Of a stretch of 59,460 nt of DNA, positions 27,636-36,383 are shown piece after piece. Position numbers and translations under genes: made by a program. The notes below the pieces were generated by a model. That model made no database searches and was not told where the DNA came from. It saw only the letters and a program-made list of their open reading frames with translations. Numbering within the stretch: position 1 is the first letter of the stretch; every line of letters begins with the position of its first letter. Source of the stretch: Pseudomonadota bacterium (GTDB lineage Bacteria > Pseudomonadota > Gammaproteobacteria > Burkholderiales > SG8-39); assembly GCA_031408275.1 (NCBI GenBank), contig JANNWA010000027.1:1-59460 (forward strand). Direction: 5' to 3'.

Positions 27636-28178
27636 ATGGGCAACAGGACGCCTTCACAAACCATCGGCCCTTTCTTCCATGTAGGGCTGAAGTGGGAAGA
27701 CGGGGAAAAAGTCCAGTTCGCGGGCAGCGGGGACCGGGTCGTGCTCACGGGCTGCGTGTATGACGGAGCGGGAACGGCCATTGCGGATGCGCTGGTCGAA
27801 ACCTGGCAGGCGGACCCATCCGGCAAAGTGCCGGGCGCTGGTGCCGCTGCGAGGGCGTACGGCTACAGCCGCGCGATGACCGCAAGCGACGGCCGCTACA
27901 CGATCGAGACGCTGATGCCCGGAGCCTGCACGGGTCCCGGGGGCGAAAAGTACGCGCCGCAGCTCAACGTGACGATCTTCGCGCGCGGCCTGCTCAAGGC
28001 GGTGCGCACGCGGGTGTTCCTCGCGGCAGCGGACGCCGTCAAGGATGACCCCCTGGCCCGCGCGGCCGGGCCGCGGGTCAACACGCTCTTCGCATCCCGG
28101 GATTCCAAGGCGCCGGAAGTCTGGCGCTGGGACGTGCGGCTGCAGGGCAAGGACGAAACAGCGTTCATCGAGTTCTAG
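27636..28178 (+). CDS. pcaG: Protocatechuate 3,4-dioxygenase alpha subunit
   Basis: 180 aa from ATG 27636: TPSQTIGPFFHVGL...VETWQADPSGK...QLNVTIFARGLL. It starts 3 nt after the pcaH stop. Confidence 0.85.
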   Translation: MGNRTPSQTIGPFFHVGLKWEDGEKVQFAGSGDRVVLTGCVYDGAGTAIADALVETWQADPSGKVPGAGAAARAYGYSRAMTASDGRYTIETLMPGACTGPGGEKYAPQLNVTIFARGLLKAVRTRVFLAAADAVKDDPLARAAGPRVNTLFASRDSKAPEVWRWDVRLQGKDETAFIEF

Positions 28179-28184
28179 CCCCGG

Positions 28185-29504
28185 ATGTCCGGAAACCTGC
28201 CGGCGCGCACCCTTTCGAGGGCCTCGTTCACCGAGGCCCTCGGCGAAGAAGCGTTCGTGCGCGCCATGCTGGCGTTCGAAGGCGCGCTTGCGCAAAGCGA
28301 GGCCGAGGCGGGGGTCATACCGCCCGGCGCGGCGAAAGCGATCGAAGCTGCCTGCGGCAGCGTTGCCTTCTCCATCCCGCAGCTCGCGGCGGACGGCAAG
28401 TCGGCCGGGTCGCTGGCCATTCCCCTGGTGAAGGGCCTGACGGCGCATGTGCGCGCCATGAACGCGAAGGCCGCCTCGTTCGTCCACTACGGCTCGACCA
28501 GCCAGGACGTTTTGGATACGGCGATGGTCCTGTGCATGAAACCATGCATGGTGGAAATCGATCGTGTGCTTGGCGTGGCAGTCGCGCAGCTGGCCGGTCA
28601 CGCCCGCCGCAATGCAACCGTGCTCATGCTGGGCCGCACGATGATGCAGCCCGCAACCCCGATCACCGCCGGAATAAAGATTGCGCGCTGGGCGACAGCG
28701 CTGAACCGGTGCCGGGCCAGGCTTGCAGACGCCGCGGGCCGGGCGCTCAGCGTCCAGCTCGGCGGGCCGGTCGGCACGCTTGATGCGCTCGGATCCGCGC
28801 GAGTGCAGGTGCGCCGCGGCCTTGCGCAACGCCTCGGAATCGCCGAGGCGCGGTCCTGGCACAGCCATCGCGACGAACTGCTTTCCTTCGCGTCCGCGCT
28901 GGCGATCCTCGTCGCCACGGTAGGCAAAATCGCGCGCGACGTCGCGCTCATGTCCCAGCCGGAGGTGGGCGAAATGTTCGAGGCCGCGCCGAAGAAGGGC
29001 GTAGGCGGGTCGAGCGCCATGCCGCACAAGAGAAATCCAGTGGCATGCCTGCAAGCCATTGCGGCATCGACCCGGGCGCCGGGACTGATGGCAACCTTGC
29101 TCCACGCTGCCGGCCAGGAACATGAGCGCTCGATCGGCGGATGGCAGGCGGAATTGGCGACGCTGCCCGAACTCATGGAAACGGCCGGCGCCGCGCTGGA
29201 TGCGCTGGAGCGGATCGCCGGCGGACTGGTGGTCAATCCCGTCCGGATGCGACAGAACCTCGATTCGCTTCAGGGCCTGGTGTATTCGGAGCGCCTGTCG
29301 CGCCTGCTGATGGAGGGCATGGATCGTGCGAGTGCAATGTCGCAAGTCGATGACTGGTGCACGGTAGCGGTCGCCGAAGGCCGCAACCTCAGGGAGGTCG
29401 CCGCTGCGGCCCGTCCGGACCTTGCGCTCGAAGCGGTCTTTTCGTCCGACGCAATCGTCGGGGAACTCGCCGCCGTCCTCGAAGAGGAACTCGCCGCGCT
29501 CTGA
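28185..29504 (+). CDS. pcaB: 3-carboxy-cis,cis-muconate cycloisomerase (fumarate lyase superfamily)
   Basis: 439 aa with the lyase signature GSSAMPHKRNP. Follows pcaHG. Confidence 0.87.
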   Translation: MSGNLPARTLSRASFTEALGEEAFVRAMLAFEGALAQSEAEAGVIPPGAAKAIEAACGSVAFSIPQLAADGKSAGSLAIPLVKGLTAHVRAMNAKAASFVHYGSTSQDVLDTAMVLCMKPCMVEIDRVLGVAVAQLAGHARRNATVLMLGRTMMQPATPITAGIKIARWATALNRCRARLADAAGRALSVQLGGPVGTLDALGSARVQVRRGLAQRLGIAEARSWHSHRDELLSFASALAILVATVGKIARDVALMSQPEVGEMFEAAPKKGVGGSSAMPHKRNPVACLQAIAASTRAPGLMATLLHAAGQEHERSIGGWQAELATLPELMETAGAALDALERIAGGLVVNPVRMRQNLDSLQGLVYSERLSRLLMEGMDRASAMSQVDDWCTVAVAEGRNLREVAAAARPDLALEAVFSSDAIVGELAAVLEEELAAL

Positions 29505-29513
29505 CGCTTGGCG

Positions 29514-30152
29514 CTACTCGGCGTCCGGCTGCTTCATCGGCTGGGCCCGGTCGAATGCTTCGAGCTTCATGCAGGCGTCGAACACCCGCATGGTCTTCGG
29601 ATACGGCGCGAGGTCGCATTCATAGCGTTGTGCATTGAAGATCTGCGGCACGAGGCAGCAGTCGGCCATGCCGGGCGTTTCGCCGTGGCAGTAGGTTCCG
29701 GTACCGGGGGTTTGCGTCAGATCGGCTTCGAACTTGGCCAACCCCTCCGCGATCCAGTGCCGGTACCAGGTGTTGATTCCCGCCTCGTCCTGGCCCAGAT
29801 CGCGCTTGATGTGCTGCAGTACCCGAAGGTTGTTGAGCGGGTGAATTTCGCAGGCGACCAGCAGCGCTAGCGAACGCACCCGGGCGCGCCCGAGGAGGTC
29901 CTTGGGAAGCAGCGGGGGGGCCGGCTGCTTTTCTTCCAGGTACTCCATGATCGCCAGCGACTGCGTCAGAAGGTGCCCGTCCTCGATCAGTGCGGGCACC
30001 AGCCGTTGCGGGTTGATCGCGCCGAACTCATCCTTGCGGTGCGCCCCCTTGGGCAGCGAAACGGCGATCGACTCATAGGCCATGCCTTTGAGGTTGAGGG
30101 CGATCCTCACCCGGAACGCCGCCGAGCTGCGAAAGAACGTGTAAAGCTGCAT
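29514..30152 (-). CDS. maiA: GST zeta-class maleylacetoacetate/maleylpyruvate isomerase
   Basis: MQLYTFFRSSAAFRVRIALNLKG...INPQRLVPAL, the zeta-class SSxxxRVRIAL motif. ATG 30152 is preferred over the track GTG 30164. Confidence 0.85.
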   Translation of the reverse strand: MQLYTFFRSSAAFRVRIALNLKGMAYESIAVSLPKGAHRKDEFGAINPQRLVPALIEDGHLLTQSLAIMEYLEEKQPAPPLLPKDLLGRARVRSLALLVACEIHPLNNLRVLQHIKRDLGQDEAGINTWYRHWIAEGLAKFEADLTQTPGTGTYCHGETPGMADCCLVPQIFNAQRYECDLAPYPKTMRVFDACMKLEAFDRAQPMKQPDAE

Positions 30153-30171
30153 GGGGCTCGCCACAGGCTGC

Positions 30172-30864
30172 TCAGAGCGCCGGCACGATCTTTACGCGCA
30201 GGTCGCTGAGGCCGTCGATGTGCGCCACGAGTTCGTCACCCGCTTGCACGGGACCGACGCCGGCGGGCGTGCCCGACATGATGATGTCGCCCGGCTCGAG
30301 CGTGTAGTACTGGGTCAGGTACTCGATCTGCTCGGGCACCGACCAGATCATGTCGGACAGGTCGGCTTTCTGGCGCTCCTTGCCGTTGACCATCACTGAC
30401 AGCGCTCCCTTGGAAGGATGGCCTATTTTCGCGGCCGGCGTTAGCGCGGCGCACGGCGCCGATTCATCGAAATTCTTGCCGAAATCCCAGGGACGGCCCT
30501 TGTCCTTGCCCAACTGCTGCAGGTCGCGGCGCGTCATGTCGAGGCCCACCCCGTAGCCGAAAATGTGGTTGGTCGCTTCCTTGGCGGGAATCCGGCGGCC
30601 GCCCTTGCCGATCGCGACGACCATTTCCGTTTCGTAGTGGTAGTTGGTGGTCTTCGCCGGGTAGTGGACGTCGCCGCCATTCGGGATCAGCGCGAATTCG
30701 GACTTGATGAAGAAGAACGGCTGTTCGCGGCCATCGCCGCCCATCTCCTTCTGGTGCTCCACGTAGTTGCGCCCTACGCAGAAGATGCGCCGGACCGGGA
30801 AAGTGTCGGCCGAGCCTGCGATGGGAAGGGCGGGGGGCGTCCAGAAGGGAATTGCGTAAGCCAT
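30172..30864 (-). CDS. FAH-family hydrolase (fumarylpyruvate hydrolase-size)
   Basis: 230 aa: RIFCVGRNYVEHQKEMG...YETEMVVAIGK...GDIIMSGTPAGVG, a fumarylacetoacetase C-terminal fold. Confidence 0.85.
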   Translation of the reverse strand: MAYAIPFWTPPALPIAGSADTFPVRRIFCVGRNYVEHQKEMGGDGREQPFFFIKSEFALIPNGGDVHYPAKTTNYHYETEMVVAIGKGGRRIPAKEATNHIFGYGVGLDMTRRDLQQLGKDKGRPWDFGKNFDESAPCAALTPAAKIGHPSKGALSVMVNGKERQKADLSDMIWSVPEQIEYLTQYYTLEPGDIIMSGTPAGVGPVQAGDELVAHIDGLSDLRVKIVPAL

Positions 30865-30903
30865 AGTGATCTCGTCGTGGATGAAGATTTAAGGGGGGGA
30901 ATT

Positions 30904-32403
30904 CTAGTCTTTTCCGGCCAGTTCGCGCTCGATCAGTTCGCGCAGGCGGAACCTCTGCAGCTTGCCTGTGGCGGTTCTCGGGAGTTCGGGCACGATCCGG
31001 ACCCATTTTGGCCGCTTGTGGCGGGGCAGGTTGCGTTCGCATGCCTGCACCGCGGCGGAAATGGCCGCCTCCGGGGCGGCGCCCGAGGTCACGAACAGGG
31101 CCAGCCGTTCAAAGCCGTCGGCGTCGTTTACCCGCACGCAGGCAGCCTCGGAAATCGAGGGGTCCGAAACCGCGGCTTCCTCGAGTTCTCCAGGTTGCAC
31201 CCATTGCCCCGCCACCTTGATGAATTCGTCCGAGCGACCCTGGTGGGAGAAAAAGCCGTCGGCATCGCGCACGAAAACATCCTTGGTGCAGAACCATCCG
31301 TTCACGAACTGTTCGCGGTTCGCTTCGGGGCGGTTTGCGTAGCCCGCGGCAAGTGACGGGTGGCGGATCCAGAGCACGCCTGGCTCGTCTTCCCTCGTGG
31401 GCGCCCCAGACTCATCGAGCAGCTTCGTATCCACGCCCGCAAGAGGCCGCCCCGTACGCACGGCGCTCGACGTACCTGGCGGAGTCATCATCGCGACGCA
31501 GAATGTTTCGGACATCCCGTACAGGGAGAGGATTTCCCGGCCCGTGGCTGCAATCCACTTTTCCAGCACCTGTGCGGGCAACCTTTCGCCGGCCGCCACG
31601 AAGTGGTGAACGGTGCGAAACGGCGCGAGCGTTTCCGGCCCCAGTGCAAGCAGCCGGCGATAGAAGGAGGGCACGGAAAAGAAGGCGGCAGGTTTGTGGC
31701 GCGCCACGATCTCGACCGCGTGCGCTGCGTCGACGGGGTCTGGGTGGAGGATCGATGCGGCACCCAGCGCCAGCGGGCCGAGCAGTGCGTGCTCCAGGCC
31801 GTAGGCGAAGAACAGCTTCGAGGTGCCGAAAACGGTGTCGCCTGCGCCGAGGCCCAGCACCTGGCGCATTCCGTTTCCAGCCGGCAGCACATCTTTGTGC
31901 GCATGCACAATGCCCTTGGGACGACCGGTGGTGCCTGAGGAATACAGCCAGAACGCAGGATCCCCGGGGCTGACATCGGCTGGCTGGGTCAGAGGCTCCA
32001 CCCAACCCAGTGCCGCGCGCCACTTCGCGGTATCGATACAGCGCTCTCCTGCAAAAGCGGCGACGCTCCCGGCGCTCCCCGCTTCAGCCAGGAAGAGTTT
32101 CCCGGCGCTGTCTTCGAACATGTATCGCTGCTCGTCGCCCGTCGATTTGCCGTTTACAGCGATGGCCACCGCGCCGCAGTGCAAGGCTCCAAGCCAAGCC
32201 GCCGCAAATTCGGGGGTATCGCGCAGCTGGATGAGCACCCGGTCGTGCGGGCGTGCGCCCAGGAAGCGCCAGGCGGCCGCCGCACGCCGTACCCGGCTCG
32301 CCAGCTCGGCATAGCCCACCGAATCGCCGGCGCAGACCAGGGCCGTGCGCGTGCCGTGGCGCGCCAGCGCAGCCGCGCCCAAGAGGTGTTCCACGGCGTT
32401 CAT
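30904..32403 (-). CDS. Aromatic-acid--CoA ligase (benzoate/hydroxybenzoate-CoA ligase-like, ANL superfamily)
   Basis: 499 aa from ATG 32403, with the AMP-binding motif YSSGTTGRPKGIVHAH and C-terminal PRTATGKLQRFRLR. The track ORF (to 33333) extends implausibly over the divergent SBP gene. Confidence 0.85.
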   Translation of the reverse strand: MNAVEHLLGAAALARHGTRTALVCAGDSVGYAELASRVRRAAAAWRFLGARPHDRVLIQLRDTPEFAAAWLGALHCGAVAIAVNGKSTGDEQRYMFEDSAGKLFLAEAGSAGSVAAFAGERCIDTAKWRAALGWVEPLTQPADVSPGDPAFWLYSSGTTGRPKGIVHAHKDVLPAGNGMRQVLGLGAGDTVFGTSKLFFAYGLEHALLGPLALGAASILHPDPVDAAHAVEIVARHKPAAFFSVPSFYRRLLALGPETLAPFRTVHHFVAAGERLPAQVLEKWIAATGREILSLYGMSETFCVAMMTPPGTSSAVRTGRPLAGVDTKLLDESGAPTREDEPGVLWIRHPSLAAGYANRPEANREQFVNGWFCTKDVFVRDADGFFSHQGRSDEFIKVAGQWVQPGELEEAAVSDPSISEAACVRVNDADGFERLALFVTSGAAPEAAISAAVQACERNLPRHKRPKWVRIVPELPRTATGKLQRFRLRELIERELAGKD

Positions 32404-32508
32404 AGTCAGGTATCCTAATCGATCTTTATCAGGCTCAAGAATGAGCCGCTGCAGGTAGCCTGTGGGCTCCTGATCAGCAGCTTTTCCCATCGGAGAGGAG
32501 GAGGATCC

Positions 32509-33702
32509 ATGAAAAACAAGATATCCCTTTGTGTGAGCCTGGCTGCGGCAGCCTTGGTTTGCGCATTCCCAGTTGCCGCACAGACCGTAAAGATCGGCCT
32601 CATCAGTTCCTACAGCGGGCCCGGTGCGGCGCAAGGCGACCAGATCGACAAGGGCGTCAAGCTCTACATGAAGCTCAACGCCGACAAGTTGCCGCCCGGG
32701 GTCAAGATCGAGCTCATCACGCGTGACGACACCGGGGCGAACGGCGACGTTGCCAAGCGCGTCGCGCAGGAACTGATCGTGCGTGACAAGGTCCAGATCC
32801 TTACCGGCGTCGTCTGGACGCCGAACATGGCCGCGATCGCGCCGCTCACTGCCGAAGCCAAGATCCCTTTCGTCAGCGCAAACGCGGCGGGTGCCAAAGT
32901 CATCAGCATGTCCCCGTACATGGCGCGGGTGTCGTTCACGCTGTGCCAGTCGGCCTACCCGCTCGGGCAGTGGGCGGCCAAGAAATACAAGAAAGCCTAT
33001 TCGGCGGTCAGCGACTTCGCGCCGGGCCATGAGGCCGAGGGGTGCTTTGTCAGGGGATTCAAGGAAGGCGGCGGCGAAGTGATCGGCACCGTGCGCATTC
33101 CCCTCGCCAACCCCGACTTCGTGCCGTTCATGCAGCGCATCAAGGACGCCAAGCCCGATGTGCTGTTCGCCTTCAACCCGGCCGGCAAGCAGGCTACGGC
33201 GATGATGAAGGCCTACGGCGACCTCGGCATGGACAAGGCCAACATCAAGTACCTCGGCACCGGTGACATCACCACCGACGAGGAGTTGCAGGGAATGGGC
33301 GATGCCGCGCTGGGCGTCATCACCGTGCACCACTACTCGGCTGCCGCCGAGCGGCCGGCCAACAAGGCTTTCGTGGCCGCTTACAAGAAAGAGTACGGCG
33401 CCGACCTGAACCCCGGCTTCATGGTGGTGGGTGCATGGGACGCGATGGACGCCATTTACAGCGCCATCCGCGCGCAGGGTGGCAAGATCGATCCCGACAA
33501 GACGATGGAAATACTGAAGCAGTACAAGAGCACCAGCAGCCCGCGCGGCCCGATGTCGATCGACCCCGAGACCCGCGACGTGATCAATCCGGAGTACCTG
33601 CGCGAAGTGCGCAAGGTTGATGGCAAGCTCGCAAACGTGGAAATCGAGACGATCACGACCGCGATCAAGGATCCGCTGAAGGAATTCGAGAAGAAGAAGT
33701 AA
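32509..33702 (+). CDS. ABC transporter substrate-binding protein (HAAT/LivK-like family)
   Basis: 397 aa. Signal peptide MKNKISLCVSLAAAALVCAFPVAAQ, then KIGLISSYSGPGAAQGDQ, typical of type I periplasmic binding proteins. Strong GGAGAGGAGGAGGA RBS. Confidence 0.88.
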   Translation: MKNKISLCVSLAAAALVCAFPVAAQTVKIGLISSYSGPGAAQGDQIDKGVKLYMKLNADKLPPGVKIELITRDDTGANGDVAKRVAQELIVRDKVQILTGVVWTPNMAAIAPLTAEAKIPFVSANAAGAKVISMSPYMARVSFTLCQSAYPLGQWAAKKYKKAYSAVSDFAPGHEAEGCFVRGFKEGGGEVIGTVRIPLANPDFVPFMQRIKDAKPDVLFAFNPAGKQATAMMKAYGDLGMDKANIKYLGTGDITTDEELQGMGDAALGVITVHHYSAAAERPANKAFVAAYKKEYGADLNPGFMVVGAWDAMDAIYSAIRAQGGKIDPDKTMEILKQYKSTSSPRGPMSIDPETRDVINPEYLREVRKVDGKLANVEIETITTAIKDPLKEFEKKK

Positions 33703-33711
33703 CGCTCAAGG

Positions 33712-33756
33712 GCCCCCACTTCGTCTGCAGCAGGGCGACGGCGCGGGGGGTTTTTG
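33712..33756 (+). terminator. Putative intrinsic terminator/attenuator between the SBP and permease genes
   Basis: CCCCC...CGTC...GACG...GGGGGG imperfect stem followed by TTTTTG at 33751-33756. Confidence 0.4.
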
Positions 33757-33790
33757 TCCGGGTACAGTCCAGCACTTCCGCCCCGCGCCC

Positions 33791-34666
33791 ATGGAAGCAT
33801 TCATCTCCTCCCTGGTCAGTGTCGCCTTCCATGGCGTGGCCTACGGGATGATCCTGTACGTGATCTCGGTCGGGCTGTCGGTGACGATGGGCCTGATGGG
33901 ATTCACCAATCTTGCCCATGGCGTTTTCGCGATGGCCGGGGGCTACATCCTGGTCACGTCCCTGAGCCGCTTCCACCTGCCGTTTGCGCTGGCCCTTGCG
34001 CTCTCCTTTGTCCTGGTGGCCGCGGCGAGCGTCATCCTCGAGCGGCTGTTGTATTCACGACTTTACGGCGCATCCGAACTCGAGCAGGTCCTGTTCACGA
34101 TCGGCCTGATCTTCATGTCGGTCGCGGTGGCGCGGCTGCTTTACGGCACGTTGCAAGCCCCGGTGGTCCTGCCCGACTACCTCAAGGGCCAGTTCGCGCT
34201 GCTCGGGCGCGATTTTCCGGCGTATCGCGTGTTCCTGATCGTGTTTAGCGCCGCGATGATCGCCGCCCTCTGGTTTGGCGTGGAGCGCACGCTCTGGGGC
34301 GCCATGGTGCGTGCCGCGGTCGACAACCGCGCGATGGCGCAGGCCATCGGCATCAACACCAGGCGGCTGTTCACGATCACTTTCGCGGTCGGCAGTGGGC
34401 TGGCGGGCCTCGGCGGCGCGCTCGGTGCTGACATTGTCGCCATCCAGCCGACCTATCCGTTCGAGCAGCTGGTCTACTTCCTGATCGTCGTCTCCGTCGG
34501 CGGCCTCGGCAGTTTGCGCGGCCCGTTCGTGGCCGCGTTGCTGATCGGTATCACCGATACGGCCTGCAAATACTGGCTGCCGCAGTTCGGCGCATTCTTC
34601 ATCTATGCCGCGACGATCGGGCTGCTGTTGTGGCGCCCGATGGGCCTGTTCGGGAAGCGCACGTGA
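33791..34666 (+). CDS. Branched-chain amino acid-type ABC permease (LivH-like)
   Basis: 291 aa, polytopic, with LivH-type motifs GLMGFTNLAHGVFAMAGGY and the C-terminal LLWRPMGLFGKR. Confidence 0.9.
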   Translation: MEAFISSLVSVAFHGVAYGMILYVISVGLSVTMGLMGFTNLAHGVFAMAGGYILVTSLSRFHLPFALALALSFVLVAAASVILERLLYSRLYGASELEQVLFTIGLIFMSVAVARLLYGTLQAPVVLPDYLKGQFALLGRDFPAYRVFLIVFSAAMIAALWFGVERTLWGAMVRAAVDNRAMAQAIGINTRRLFTITFAVGSGLAGLGGALGADIVAIQPTYPFEQLVYFLIVVSVGGLGSLRGPFVAALLIGITDTACKYWLPQFGAFFIYAATIGLLLWRPMGLFGKRT

Positions 34667-35637
34667 ACCACCCGGTCGGCTACAACGCGGATCCCCGCCT
34701 GCGCTGGACCGAATGGCTGCCCTGGGTCACGGCGCTGGCTGTGTTTTTCCTGCTGCCCGACTACCTGTCGCTCGGTGCGCGGGTGCTCACGTATATCCTG
34801 TTTGCGCTGTCGCTCGATCTGATCCTGGGTTACGCGGGAATCATCACCCTGGGCCACGCGGCGTTTTTCGGCTTGGGCGCTTATGTGACCGGCATCCTTT
34901 CCGCCAAGTTAGGCGTCACCGACCCGCTGTTGCAAATGCTTTGCAGCGCAATCGCGGCGGGGCTGCTGGGCCTGGCGACGGGCGCGCTGGTCCTGCGTAC
35001 GCATGGGCTCACGCAACTCATGCTTACGCTGGCGGTCGCGGCCGTGTGCCTCGAGATCGCCAACAAGGCCACGCCGATTACCGGCGGCGCAGACGGGCTC
35101 TCCGGGGTCACCATCGCTCCGATCCTGGGCCTTTTCAAGTTCGACATGTATGGACGAACCGCGTACCTGTGGTGCCTGGTGCTGGTGTTCGGCGGCTGGT
35201 GGCTGATCCGCCGGTTGATCTACTCGCCCTTTGGCGCGGCGTTGAACGGCATACGCGAGAACAGCGTGCGCATGCATGCAGTGGGCGCGCCGGTATACAA
35301 GCGGCTCCTTGCGGTTTACACGCTGTCGGCGGCCATTGCCGGAGTCGCTGGCGCCCTGCTTACCCAGACAAACCAGTTCGTCGGGCTGAACGTGCTGGGC
35401 TTCGAGCCATCGGGCGAGTTGCTCGTGATGCTGATTCTCGGGGGAGTCGGCCGGTTGTACGGTGCGTTTGTAGGCCCGCTCCTGTTCTTGATCGCGCAGG
35501 ACTACCTCGCGCGGCAGTTCCCGGAGTACTGGTACTTCGGGATCGGGTTGATGCTGGTGATCGTAGTGCTGTTCGCGCGGGGCGGCATTCTCGGGATTTC
35601 GGATGCCGTGATCGCCCGGATGTGGAGAAAGGCATGA
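34663..35637 (+). CDS. Branched-chain amino acid-type ABC permease (LivM-like)
   Basis: ALSLDLILGYAGIITLGHAAFFGLGAY. GTG 34663 overlaps the upstream stop (GTGA). The alternative start is ATG 34630. Confidence 0.88.
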   Translation: MNHPVGYNADPRLRWTEWLPWVTALAVFFLLPDYLSLGARVLTYILFALSLDLILGYAGIITLGHAAFFGLGAYVTGILSAKLGVTDPLLQMLCSAIAAGLLGLATGALVLRTHGLTQLMLTLAVAAVCLEIANKATPITGGADGLSGVTIAPILGLFKFDMYGRTAYLWCLVLVFGGWWLIRRLIYSPFGAALNGIRENSVRMHAVGAPVYKRLLAVYTLSAAIAGVAGALLTQTNQFVGLNVLGFEPSGELLVMLILGGVGRLYGAFVGPLLFLIAQDYLARQFPEYWYFGIGLMLVIVVLFARGGILGISDAVIARMWRKA

Positions 35638-36383
35638 CTGCCGTGCTCGAAACGCGCAGCCTCTGCAAGAGTTTCGGTGCTCTTACGGTCGCCGACCGGA
35701 TAGATTTTCGGCTCGAAGCCGGGGCACGGCATGCGTTGATCGGGCCCAACGGAGCGGGGAAAACGACTTTCGTGAACCTGCTCACCGGGTTGCTTGCCCC
35801 CTCATCGGGAGCGGTGCTGCTGGGCGGAGAAGATGTCTCGGCGCTTGCCCAGTCGGACAGGGTGAAGCGCGGCCTGGGGCGAACCTTCCAGATAAACACG
35901 CTGTTCCGGGACATGAGCGTGCTCGACAATGTCGCGCTGGGTGTGGCCGAGCGGCACGGCGTCGCGGGGGGATTCTGGCGCCCCGCGCGCGCCCAGCATG
36001 CGGTGCGCGACGAAGCGATGGAGTTTCTGGACAAGCTCGGCATTGCTGACGAGGCCGGCCGGCGCGTCCTCGACCTGCCCTACGGCAAGCAGCGCCTGGT
36101 CGAGATCGCCATCGCCCTCGGGCTCAAGCCCAAGGTGTTGTTGCTGGACGAACCCGCCGCGGGCGTGCCCTCCCTCGAATCGGAGCTCATCCTCGAGGCC
36201 CTCGACAGCCTTCCGAAGGAAATCGCGATCCTCATCATCGAGCACGACATGGACCTGGTTTTCCGGTTCGCGCAGAGGATCACGGTCCTGGTCCAGGGAG
36301 AAGTCCTGTGCGAAGGGACGCCGAAGGAGATAGCAGACGACGTTCGCGTGCACCGTGTCTACCTCGGAGAGCGGCATGCCTGA
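35634..36383 (+). CDS. ABC transporter ATP-binding protein (LivG-like)
   Basis: 249 aa from ATG 35634 (ATGA overlap with the permease stop). Walker A GPNGAGKTT, LPYGKQRLVEIA signature region, and LLLDEP. Confidence 0.92.
   Translation: MTAVLETRSLCKSFGALTVADRIDFRLEAGARHALIGPNGAGKTTFVNLLTGLLAPSSGAVLLGGEDVSALAQSDRVKRGLGRTFQINTLFRDMSVLDNVALGVAERHGVAGGFWRPARAQHAVRDEAMEFLDKLGIADEAGRRVLDLPYGKQRLVEIAIALGLKPKVLLLDEPAAGVPSLESELILEALDSLPKEIAILIIEHDMDLVFRFAQRITVLVQGEVLCEGTPKEIADDVRVHRVYLGERHA

Noticed and set aside
27654-29345. 563-aa minus-strand ORF
   Set aside because: It is antisense to pcaG and pcaB, and the plus-strand genes have diagnostic motifs (GSSAMPHKRNP). It is a shadow frame.
32404-33333. 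Upstream 310-aa extension of the CoA-ligase ORF (track 30904..33333)
   Set aside because: It overlaps the well-supported SBP gene on the other strand. The ligase homology starts at MNAVEHLL (ATG 32403).
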